Positions 37,991-46,750 of a stretch of 64,000 bases of DNA are shown in pieces. Each line of letters begins with the position of its first letter. Positions within the stretch are counted from its first letter, which is position 1. The notes beneath the pieces are model-generated. The model was not told where the DNA came from. It was given only the letters and a program-made list of their open reading frames with translations, and made no database searches. Position numbers and translations under genes: made by a program. Source of the DNA: Nannocystales bacterium (lineage in GTDB: Bacteria; Myxococcota_A; Polyangia; Nannocystales; Nannocystaceae); contig JBOEGF010000004.1 of NCBI GenBank assembly GCA_050633305.1, positions 384,140 to 448,139 on the forward strand, given 5' to 3'.

Positions 37991-38829
37991 GCCGCCGTTG
38001 TTCCTTGGGGGCGGCGCTTTTCTTCGGCGCCTGCATCATCCCCGATCGTGGGATTCAGCTCGAGGGGGGACCCTCCAACCCTGGCGCGGTCCGCATCCTC
38101 AAACCCACGCTGGTTCCCGAGCAGTGGACACAGTGGTGCGACGACATCGACACCGACGCGGTCATCGAGGATGGGACCTCGGCGTTCTGTCCTCAGGTTC
38201 GAGCCACCCGTCCGGGCGGTTTGGTCGATCAAGGCACCTTCTGCGTTTGCCCGCAGGGCCAGTGGGACACCGATGCGCCCGAGCTATGGACGATCTACGC
38301 CGAGGATCCGGACCTTGACGGCGACGACCCCGAAGACACGCTGTACGGAGTGTTGCTGCTCGATCCGGATCCTCTGTCCGAGCAACCAACCGCAGCGGTC
38401 GCATTCCAAAACTACCTCGAGCCTTGCGCGCCCGGTGCCCCCATTTCCCCGGAAGAGGTCAGGAAACCAGTCTCGACGGCGAGCGAGGCCGAGAGAACTT
38501 TCATCGAGCGAGTCGTGCCGTCGATTGGCCGCAACCCCGCGCCCCAGTGGGCGTTTGAGATCGACGACGCGGTCAGCGACCACATCGATCTGTGCAACAA
38601 CAACAACGGGAACCCGCTTCCCCTGGGCCTGCACAATCTCCAGTTCATGGTCACGGACCGGCCGTTCTTCCGTGCGAGTCGTGACGACTCCGACCTTCAA
38701 CGGGAGCAGTGCGGCGTTCCGGACGTGGCCGCGGGGGCGACGTACGCGGTCACCAACTACGTGTTCGAGTGCCTCGATGGAACACTCGAAGAAAACGACG
38801 GCATCTGCGGCTGTGAGGACGAGGAGTGA
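37987..38829 (+). CDS. Cys-rich lipoprotein, paralog B
   Basis: ATGA overlap; FFGAC lipobox; shares CIIPD, NPGAVRI, EDPD, DLCNxNNG, GLH, VTDRP, GVPD, VFxCLD with paralog A. Confidence 0.8.
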   Translation: MSRRCSLGAALFFGACIIPDRGIQLEGGPSNPGAVRILKPTLVPEQWTQWCDDIDTDAVIEDGTSAFCPQVRATRPGGLVDQGTFCVCPQGQWDTDAPELWTIYAEDPDLDGDDPEDTLYGVLLLDPDPLSEQPTAAVAFQNYLEPCAPGAPISPEEVRKPVSTASEAERTFIERVVPSIGRNPAPQWAFEIDDAVSDHIDLCNNNNGNPLPLGLHNLQFMVTDRPFFRASRDDSDLQREQCGVPDVAAGATYAVTNYVFECLDGTLEENDGICGCEDEE

Positions 38830-41255
38830 AGCGCCCGTTCCTCAGGTTGGTGGCTCTCATCGCCCTGACCAGCTGCAGCTCGCTTGCGCCCAAGCCTCCC
38901 GAGGTGGAGTGCATCACCAACGAGGACTGCAACGAAGACCCCGGATTCGTCTGCGACCTTGGCGTGTGCCGCGACGGGGGAGACGCGCCTCCGCTGGCGC
39001 TCATCGGCTTCGACCTCCAGGAAGTCGCTGGCGGGCAGGCTCAGTTTCGAACCGAGATCGCCGGATGCGACCGAGAGGTTCTGAGCGAGGGGACCACGAT
39101 CCCTGTGCTCACCCTGCCTCGCCACGAACTCGCGCGCCGACTGGAGCTGGGGGTGGTCAGCGGCGCAGATGAGGTTCCCCTGCCCGCGACGTTCGAGCTG
39201 ACCCAGGGTTCCCGGTTCAAGCGAGACCCCCATCGCCGCCTGGTCCGCTTCGAGCCGCTTCCCGAAGAGTCGCTCGAGGACGCACTCGTCGAGGTTTCGT
39301 GGCCTCGTTACTTTGTCGACAACTTTGTCGACGACTTTGTCGACAACCCGCTGCCGTACCTCGGTGAAGGGGGATACCTGGTGTGGTTGACTCAGCCACT
39401 CTCGGTGGAGGACTCGGTCCCCGCTGCCCAGCGTTATCAGCAGCTGGCCCCACCCGCCACCCTGACCGGAGAGATGCAGCGCTCCTGTTTGACGGACCTC
39501 GACTGCTGTCCAGACGCAGAGACGTGCGAGCCCGAGGACTTCCGACACGCTTGCGTGACCTCGCTCCGAGAGTGTCGCGACCCGTCCAACGAAGCCGTCC
39601 GTTACACCTACGTCTACACCGATGCGTGCGACCGTCTCGTCGAGGGGCGCGTCGTCGTCGTCGACGAACAGCTCTCCATCCTTCGGCCTCTTCCCGAGAC
39701 CAGTCTCTCGATGCGGCACGCAGATCCGGACCGCGTCGCTCCCCTCGGACTCCCACGTCTGGACATCACGGCGCTCGAGCTGCGCGAGCCCGAGTGCACG
39801 GCGGACGACGAGTGCGCCGAAGGGCTGATCTGCAACGAAGACACCGAGCAGTGCGAGCTCCCATTGGCCGGATTCACGGCGTGGACCGGTACCGTCACCC
39901 CCGACGCCGAACCCGGGTTTGAAGGACAGTTCGACGCCCACGTCTACAACTACTGCGACGGGCTTCCCGAGGGCCCGCCTGTGCTCCGCAGCTTCGACGT
40001 CACCGTCACCCCACCCGAAGAGTCCAACTTGCCCACGATCGTCCTGCGATCCGACGTGGTGTTCTCCCCGTTGCAGGCCGGGGGCCAGAAGCCCCCCGCA
40101 TCCTTCGGTGGCGACTTGTGCGTGCCGGAGTTTGGCGCGACCCAAGACATCACGTTGGCGCTGTCGGGCGAACCCCGCACCCTCCTGACCGACTACAGCT
40201 GCTGTGACGTCGACTGCTTGCCTCGAACCAAGGAAGATGCAGACGACCCACCCCAGCCCCCGACGCTGTGTTCCGGGGCCAGCGCCGGCGCCGCCGCGAC
40301 CTTCCGTGCCGAGTCCCCCTTGCAGTTCGATGAGCAACAACTCGAGGCCTGGAACGCCGAAGACTCGCCATGCGTCGGCGTGCGCGCCGACGAAGACGGC
40401 ACCGTCGGCGTCATCCGGAGCTCGGGAGCTTGCGGGACTCCGGACGACAGCGGCGCGACGACGCCGCAGCAGTGCGACCTGAGTCTCCGGGACAACGGCG
40501 ACACACCACGGACGTACGACCTTCGCATCGAGACTCCGCCCGGTTCTGTCCTCGGCTCAGTCGACACGGAACTCACCGTCGACGCCGCGGCCGGGACGAC
40601 ACTCACGCCCGTGGAGCTTCCCCAGCGCGTCCTCGTGCGAGGCCGGGTCGTCGTGGAGGACTGTGTCGAGACCGACGAAGACGACAGCGACTGCGGGAGT
40701 CCCGGCGCCAAGGTCCTTGCGGAACGGGTGCGGATGGCCGGAGAGTCGGAAGCCAACGTGGCCGGCCCCTACTTCCACCAGATCTCGACGTTCTTCGATC
40801 CCACAGAGGGGCCCGGGCAAAACGCGGGGGCGTACGTCCTCCCGCTCGACCCCGGGGTCTGGGTGGTCACCGCCCTGCCAGACAGCGGAACCGACGGCGG
40901 GCCTGCGAAGATCTCCGTGCTCGACTTGCGAACGGGCCCCGCGGACTTTCCGTTCGACTTCCAGCTGGAGGGCGGCATCCTCGTCACCGTCGACGTGAGC
41001 AGCTTCGACCGGCGCTCAGAAATGATCCCACTCGACACCGGGAGCTACGAGGACCTCTCCAACCCGGACACCGGCGTGGCGCTGGATCTCGGCGCAGCCG
41101 GCGAATGCCTGTCCAGTGAGGGAGCCAGCGTCGGCTGCCGCATTCGGCGCCTGGTCGGGGGGTCCTCCCTCCCGCCCTCCCAGATCGGACAGGTCCGATT
41201 CACGGCCCGGAGTCGCGAGACCAACACCGCAGCGGACTGCACACCGCCTTCGTGA
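38826..41255 (+). CDS. Large Cys-rich lipoprotein with CxxDxDC-type repeats and beta-sandwich domains
   Basis: GTGA overlap; LTSC lipobox; CITNEDC, CLTDLDC, CTADDEC; GAYVLPLDPGVW resembles a carboxypeptidase-regulatory-like fold. Confidence 0.78.
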   Translation: MKRPFLRLVALIALTSCSSLAPKPPEVECITNEDCNEDPGFVCDLGVCRDGGDAPPLALIGFDLQEVAGGQAQFRTEIAGCDREVLSEGTTIPVLTLPRHELARRLELGVVSGADEVPLPATFELTQGSRFKRDPHRRLVRFEPLPEESLEDALVEVSWPRYFVDNFVDDFVDNPLPYLGEGGYLVWLTQPLSVEDSVPAAQRYQQLAPPATLTGEMQRSCLTDLDCCPDAETCEPEDFRHACVTSLRECRDPSNEAVRYTYVYTDACDRLVEGRVVVVDEQLSILRPLPETSLSMRHADPDRVAPLGLPRLDITALELREPECTADDECAEGLICNEDTEQCELPLAGFTAWTGTVTPDAEPGFEGQFDAHVYNYCDGLPEGPPVLRSFDVTVTPPEESNLPTIVLRSDVVFSPLQAGGQKPPASFGGDLCVPEFGATQDITLALSGEPRTLLTDYSCCDVDCLPRTKEDADDPPQPPTLCSGASAGAAATFRAESPLQFDEQQLEAWNAEDSPCVGVRADEDGTVGVIRSSGACGTPDDSGATTPQQCDLSLRDNGDTPRTYDLRIETPPGSVLGSVDTELTVDAAAGTTLTPVELPQRVLVRGRVVVEDCVETDEDDSDCGSPGAKVLAERVRMAGESEANVAGPYFHQISTFFDPTEGPGQNAGAYVLPLDPGVWVVTALPDSGTDGGPAKISVLDLRTGPADFPFDFQLEGGILVTVDVSSFDRRSEMIPLDTGSYEDLSNPDTGVALDLGAAGECLSSEGASVGCRIRRLVGGSSLPPSQIGQVRFTARSRETNTAADCTPPS
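39312..39347 (+). repeat. In-frame 12-nt tandem repeat x3 (TTTGTCGACRAC; FVDN/FVDD)
   Basis: Read directly from the sequence. Confidence 0.85.
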
Positions 41256-41335
41256 CCCCGCGCACGCGGCGTGACTATTGATTTTACCGGCTTTTTTGGC
41301 GGCGACCGGAAAAGACGTTCAACGCTCCGCGAGCC

Positions 41336-41773
41336 TTGACCGCCCGCGCCGACCCGCGCGACACTGCGCTCCTGGCGAAGCAGGGTTCCCATCCGCAACG
41401 GAGCCGGACCCTCACCCGGTCCCTCTTTTGGGTGCGTCTCATCGGTCTCGTTGCCATCATCGGCTATGGGGTCCTCGGCGCGTATGAAGGCGTTTCTCAA
41501 CAACGCACAGGCCTCTCCGCCAGAGAGATCGATTGCCCATACCGGGTGAGTCTCATCCGAGACCGGGTCGTAGCCCTGACCCAGCGTTTACCGCATCAGA
41601 GCCTTCACGACCCCCAAGACGATGTCGTTTCCACGCTCATCCGCGAGACTCAGGCGGCCTGCCCCGAACCCGATGCCCAGCGCAAGCTGGAGCGCATCTC
41701 GGAGAGGCTCGGCGCGTACCAACGCAACCGCGCCGAGGATGCAAAGGCCCGCCATGAATTGCTCGCGCTTTAG
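41336..41773 (+). CDS. Small membrane-anchored hypothetical protein
   Basis: One TM (LFWVRLIGLVAIIGYGVLGAY), two Cys, helical; stop 11 nt before the helicase start; start uncertain. Confidence 0.6.
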   Translation: MTARADPRDTALLAKQGSHPQRSRTLTRSLFWVRLIGLVAIIGYGVLGAYEGVSQQRTGLSAREIDCPYRVSLIRDRVVALTQRLPHQSLHDPQDDVVSTLIRETQAACPEPDAQRKLERISERLGAYQRNRAEDAKARHELLAL

Positions 41774-41784
41774 GAATTCCACCT

Positions 41785-44700
41785 ATGGCTCAACCGCCGA
41801 AGTCCGAGGACACCTCCTCGGACGAGATCAACGAATCCTCCCCTACCTCCTCTACCCCCGCTCCGGCTGACGAACCAGCCGCGCCGCAACCGGCGCCCGA
41901 ACCTGCTGCAGCGTCCGAAGACGCCGCGGCACAGATCGATTCCGCACCCGGCGACTCCGGAGGCGACGAAGTGTCGTCAGAAACATCCGCCGATCCCTCA
42001 GACGAGGCATCCGAGAGCGCTTCCGCCGAAACCTCGGATGTCGCCGCCTCGAGCCCGGCTCCGATCGAGGACGCCGTCCACCCCGACGCTCCAGATGCGT
42101 CAACGCTCGCGACGTCCTTCGTCGAAATGGGGCTGCCCGCGCCGATGCTCGCGGCCCTCGAAAAACTCGGCTGGGGTGCGCCCACGAAAGTCCAAGCTGC
42201 CGCCTTCGGCCCTGCCTCCGCCGGCCGAGACGTGCTGGTTCAGTCGCAAACCGGGTCCGGAAAGACCGGTGCCTTCTGCTTGCCGTGGCTGGCCGGCCGG
42301 TTTCAGGACAAAGACCCCAAAGAGACGGGCGTCCAACTCCTGGTCATGACGCCGACTCGCGAGCTTGCCAAACAGGTGTGTGATCAGCTGGTCGGTCTGG
42401 CCGGCGAAACTCCCCTCACCCCGCTGCCCGTCTACGGCGGCACGCCGATCGGTCCGCAGTTCGACGCGCTCAAGCGAGGCGTCCACGCCGTGGTCGGTAC
42501 CCCGGGGCGGATCCTGGATCACATCCGGCGCCGCACGCTGGACCTGTCCAAGGTTCAAACCGCCATCCTCGACGAAGCCGACGAGATGTTGTCGATGGGC
42601 TTCCTCGAGGACATCCACTCGATCCTCGACGCGTGCCAGAAGGATCGGCAGACGATGCTGTTCTCCGCGACTGTCCCCGCGGATATCGAGCGCATCGCCC
42701 GGCGGTACATGAAGAACCCGGAGTCCTTGAAGCTCTCCGGCGACGACATTGCCGCCTCGCTGATCGACCATACGTACTATTCGGTTCCGGGCAGTATGCG
42801 GACGCGCGACTTGATGAACTTCATCGCGCAAGAAGAGCCCGGCTCCACGCTGATCTTCTGCAATACCCGCGAAGAGACAAACCTCGTCGCGAACGTCCTG
42901 CGCAAGGAAGGGTTCAGCGCCGAGGCGATCAGCTCCGACCTGTCTCAGGCTGCCCGAGAGCACGTCCTGGGCGCGATGCGTAAGGGACGACTTCGTTTCC
43001 TCGTCGCAACGGACGTCGCCAGCCGCGGCATTGACATCACCCACATCAGCCACGTGGTGAACTACTCGTTCCCACAGAACGCCGAGAGCTACGTGCACCG
43101 CACGGGGCGAACCGGCCGTGCAGGACGGGCTGGCAAGGCTGTCAGCCTGATCGGCCCCCAGGACATGGGCAACTTCTACTATCTGAAGTTGGCCTACCCC
43201 TCGATCGAGTTCACCGAGAGCAAGCTGCCCGCGACTGAGGTCCTCGACGCTCGGCGCAATCAGACCAAGCTCGATCAGATCAGCAAGCGCTTCCCCGAGC
43301 TCGTCTCGGCGGACTGGCGACTGCTCGTACGGACGCTGTCCGCCGACCCCCGTGGAGAGCAGGTCATGGCGTACCTGCTCAGCGAGGCCATGAGCAGCCC
43401 CGACCCCGCGACCCAGGTTGCGCGGGACCTGCCCGAGGAGGAGGACGACGAGTACGCGGGCGGACGCGGGCGTCGCACGGGCGGCCGCGGAAGAGACCGC
43501 GACGGGGAACGCCCTCGATCCCGTGACCGGGAACGGTCCCGCGACGGGGAACGCTCCCGCGACGGGGAACGGTCCCGCGACGGGGAACGCTCCCGCGACG
43601 GGGAACGCTCCCGCGACGGGGAACGCTCCGGCCGTGGAGGCCGTACCCGAGACCGCGGACGTCGGCCTCGGCATGACGAGCCGAGTTCACACGGAAGCGA
43701 AGCTCCCGAGGAAGGCACCCGGCGGCGAAGCAGGCGACGACGTCCCGACGCTGAGGATTCCTCGGCGGACCCCGCAAAGGCAGCTGGTGTTGTCGAGGCC
43801 GCCGCATCCGACGACACGGTCGAGCTCGAAACGGCTGCAGCAGCGCCGGACACCAGGCCGGCGGAGGCAACACCCGAGGTCGACGCTCTAGACGCCACTG
43901 CCGACACCGACGGACCCAGCACCGCCGAGGGCTCGGAGCGCTCCCAGGACTCCGAGGCAGCTCAGACGGCCCAAGGTTCGGACGAGGCGTCGGCGGAGGC
44001 ATCCGGGGACCCGTCTGAGGGCCCATCTGGGGGGCGAGGTCGGCGCCGCCGTCGTGGTCGCCGTCGTGGCGGACGTGACGGCGCTCCTCGAGAGGCCGCA
44101 TCCGACGGCGAGACCACCGAAGGCGATGGCGAAGACGAGGATCGGACGCCGGAGCAGGAGAGCGGCCCCACCGGTCCTGCCCCTGCCCCTGCCGTCGCAG
44201 CTGCCGCCAATGATCCAGAAGGCGACACCGAGGTCTCCCCCGACGCCGTCCCCCAGGGAGACGCAGCCGAAGGCGAACCCGTGGAACTCACCGCAGCGCC
44301 GAGCGAGGCCACCGAAGGCCTGCAGGAGACCGACGAAGGCATCAGCGCTCGCGGACGTCGCCGTCGTCGCCGGCGTCGCAGGCGCGGACGCGGCAAGGGT
44401 GACGAGCAAGGCGCTCAGGACGCGAACGGTGGGGATGCCGAGTCTGCCGAGGCGAGCGGCTCCGCGCCCGTCTCCGCCGACTCGGCGGACTCCGAGGGCA
44501 CCACCGAGGACGATGCGAACGGCAAACGCCGTCGCCGTCGCCGTCGCGGAGGTCGTGGCAAGAAGCCCGAGGCCGAGCCCGTCGAGCAGCACGTCTCCCA
44601 GGACCAGATCATCATCGATATCGATGAGAACGAGCTCGAAGTCGTTCGTGACGAGTTTGGCGAGATCGACGAACTCGACGACCTGACGCTCAAAGGTCGC

Positions 44701-45741
44701 CGCCGGGGGGTCATCGACGCCCTTCAGGACGAAGTCGAACTCGAGGACATGTCGGCCGAGGATACTCCCCCGGCCGCCACGTCAGAGGACAGCGCGGCAA
44801 CGGACGCCGCGGATGACGACACAACCGAGGACGGAGACGAGGACGGTGATGAAGTCGCCGCCGACGGTGAGTCCTCCGAGGACGTTGACGAGAAAGAAGC
44901 GAAGAAGCGAAAGCGACGTCGCCGACGACGGAAGAAGAAGCCCGCCGAGGAGCAGGTCGCACCTGAGCTGACGGCGCCTCCGCACAAAGACTTCTGGGAG
45001 GTCTGGTCGACCAAGTTCACGTTCCGCGAGTTCGAGGACGACCAGTTCCGCGGCGGGACCGAAGCGATCGCTGATGAGCCCGAGCCCGAGCCCGAACCCG
45101 AATCGGCGGCTGAGTCCACCGGGGAGCCCAGGCGGAAGCGTCGCTCCCGTCGGGGTGGAGGCGACCGCAGTCGAGGCGACCGCAGCGGCGGAGGCGAGCG
45201 CAGTACACGAACCGTGGTCAACGGCAGCGGGAGCACCCGAGACCCCGCCAAGATCGGAGCCGACGACGGCCCGATGGTCACCGTCGCTCTGAACGTCGGC
45301 CGCACCCACGGCAAGAAGTCGGCGCACGTCCGCGAGCTGCTCGCCTCGGACTTCGGCCTCGAGGGACGCTCCGTCCGGAACCTGACGGTCAAGGAAACGC
45401 TCACGGAGTTCCGCGTCTCGGTCACGGCGTTCGAGAGCCTCAAGGCTGCGGTCCTCGGCTATGTGTTCGACGACATCGAGCTCGAGCTCACCGTCGTCGA
45501 AGCTCCCGAACTTGAGCCAGCCCCGGCCAGCACCACCGAAGCGGGGTCCGCCGAGAGCGAGACGGCGAGCGAGTCCCCGGAACCTGGCCAGGACCCGGTT
45601 CAGGACCCGGAACAAGACCCGGTTCAGGACCCGGTTCAGGACCAGCCGCAGGCACAAGAAGCCGACGCAGCTGTCCCTGATGCGGCCGTGCTCGCCACTG
45701 CCCCTGAGGGCGACGGCGAACCTCCCCAACCCGAGGTTTGA
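41785..45741 (+). CDS. DEAD-box RNA helicase (DeaD/CsdA-like) with long disordered regions and DbpA-type RNA-binding domain
   Basis: Q motif, SQTGSGKT, PTRELA, TPGR, DEAD, SAT, ATDVASRGID, HRTGRTGRAG; LNVGRTHG near the C-terminus. Confidence 0.93.
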   Translation: MAQPPKSEDTSSDEINESSPTSSTPAPADEPAAPQPAPEPAAASEDAAAQIDSAPGDSGGDEVSSETSADPSDEASESASAETSDVAASSPAPIEDAVHPDAPDASTLATSFVEMGLPAPMLAALEKLGWGAPTKVQAAAFGPASAGRDVLVQSQTGSGKTGAFCLPWLAGRFQDKDPKETGVQLLVMTPTRELAKQVCDQLVGLAGETPLTPLPVYGGTPIGPQFDALKRGVHAVVGTPGRILDHIRRRTLDLSKVQTAILDEADEMLSMGFLEDIHSILDACQKDRQTMLFSATVPADIERIARRYMKNPESLKLSGDDIAASLIDHTYYSVPGSMRTRDLMNFIAQEEPGSTLIFCNTREETNLVANVLRKEGFSAEAISSDLSQAAREHVLGAMRKGRLRFLVATDVASRGIDITHISHVVNYSFPQNAESYVHRTGRTGRAGRAGKAVSLIGPQDMGNFYYLKLAYPSIEFTESKLPATEVLDARRNQTKLDQISKRFPELVSADWRLLVRTLSADPRGEQVMAYLLSEAMSSPDPATQVARDLPEEEDDEYAGGRGRRTGGRGRDRDGERPRSRDRERSRDGERSRDGERSRDGERSRDGERSRDGERSGRGGRTRDRGRRPRHDEPSSHGSEAPEEGTRRRSRRRRPDAEDSSADPAKAAGVVEAAASDDTVELETAAAAPDTRPAEATPEVDALDATADTDGPSTAEGSERSQDSEAAQTAQGSDEASAEASGDPSEGPSGGRGRRRRRGRRRGGRDGAPREAASDGETTEGDGEDEDRTPEQESGPTGPAPAPAVAAAANDPEGDTEVSPDAVPQGDAAEGEPVELTAAPSEATEGLQETDEGISARGRRRRRRRRRRGRGKGDEQGAQDANGGDAESAEASGSAPVSADSADSEGTTEDDANGKRRRRRRRGGRGKKPEAEPVEQHVSQDQIIIDIDENELEVVRDEFGEIDELDDLTLKGRRRGVIDALQDEVELEDMSAEDTPPAATSEDSAATDAADDDTTEDGDEDGDEVAADGESSEDVDEKEAKKRKRRRRRRKKKPAEEQVAPELTAPPHKDFWEVWSTKFTFREFEDDQFRGGTEAIADEPEPEPEPESAAESTGEPRRKRRSRRGGGDRSRGDRSGGGERSTRTVVNGSGSTRDPAKIGADDGPMVTVALNVGRTHGKKSAHVRELLASDFGLEGRSVRNLTVKETLTEFRVSVTAFESLKAAVLGYVFDDIELELTVVEAPELEPAPASTTEAGSAESETASESPEPGQDPVQDPEQDPVQDPVQDQPQAQEADAAVPDAAVLATAPEGDGEPPQPEV
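43519..43626 (+). repeat. In-frame 18-nt tandem repeat x6 (TCCCGCGACGGGGAACGS; SRDGER)
   Basis: Read directly; near-identical units without spacers. Confidence 0.92.
45589..45645 (+). repeat. In-frame 12-nt tandem repeat, about 4.7 copies (CAGGACCCGGTT; QDPV)
   Basis: Read directly from the sequence. Confidence 0.85.
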
Positions 45742-46700
45742 CGAAGGCCAGCATGCCTCGGGAGGACACGCTCAGACCGTACTTGTCCCCCGAGGCGTTG
45801 GCGCAGCGCGTCGAAGCGGTGGCGGACACGCTCGGCGCTGAGGTTCGGACGTACGGCAGATCGGTCCGTGGTCGAGCGCTGGAGGCCGTGCGCGTCCCGG
45901 GCCTGGTACCGGGGCTGCCGCGGGTGCTGTGCTCGGCGAACATCCATGGACCAGAGTTCATCGGAGCCATGACCGCCCTCGCGGTCCTGGCCTCGGCCGA
46001 TGGCGACTGGAGGATCCGCAGCCGAGCGGAGCTGTGGGTCATCCCCTGCCTCAACCCGGACGGGTACGCGCGAACCTGGGAGGCCGGCGGCCAAGGGCCG
46101 CTCTCCGATCTTCGAACAAATGCGAACGGAGTCGACCTCAACCGCAACTTCCCACGGCCGGCGCCCTCCCCGTCCTGGCTCCCCGGCGCGGGCTCCGAAC
46201 GCCAGGGAGACGCGACGTACCGAGGCCTCCGGCCGCTGAGTGAGCCTGAGACCGCGCACCTCGACGCGCTGTGCACCGAGCAGTCCTTCCACGCGAGTGC
46301 CAATCTGCATTCGTTCATGGGGACGGTGATCCCCGCGAGTGTCCGGGACACGGAGGCGTTCGGAACCTACAAGGAGCTGGCCTCGGCACTGGCGGGAGCC
46401 CAGTGCCACACCCGGTACCGCCGCTTGTCCTCCCGTTTGCTCGACGTGTTCACAGGTGAGCAAGAGGATCACCAGCACCACGCGCACCGGACCTGGGCGG
46501 TCTGCGTGGAGAACTTCCCGTGGCTCGCCAGCATGCGACAACACCTGCGTGCCCCCAGCACTTTTTGGCGTTTCAACCCCCGTCGACCGCAGACCTGGAT
46601 CGACAACGACGTCCCAGGGATTCAAGCGTACTTCGACGCCGCGCTGAAACGGGATCGCCCGAACTCCCCCCCGGTGGGGGAGGCGCTCACCGCAGGGTAG
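45738..46700 (+). CDS. M14 family zinc carboxypeptidase
   Basis: NIHGPE, LNPDGY, RTNANGVDLNRNF, SEPET, NLHS. Confidence 0.9.
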   Translation: MTKASMPREDTLRPYLSPEALAQRVEAVADTLGAEVRTYGRSVRGRALEAVRVPGLVPGLPRVLCSANIHGPEFIGAMTALAVLASADGDWRIRSRAELWVIPCLNPDGYARTWEAGGQGPLSDLRTNANGVDLNRNFPRPAPSPSWLPGAGSERQGDATYRGLRPLSEPETAHLDALCTEQSFHASANLHSFMGTVIPASVRDTEAFGTYKELASALAGAQCHTRYRRLSSRLLDVFTGEQEDHQHHAHRTWAVCVENFPWLASMRQHLRAPSTFWRFNPRRPQTWIDNDVPGIQAYFDAALKRDRPNSPPVGEALTAG

Positions 46701-46750
46701 TCGCTGCAACCCCACCCGCGCTCCCTTCCGGAAGCCAGGCGCTGCTCAGC

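Noticed and set aside
43519..43626. Possible CRISPR array
   Set aside because: Units are contiguous with no spacers, in frame within a CDS, and no cas genes are present.
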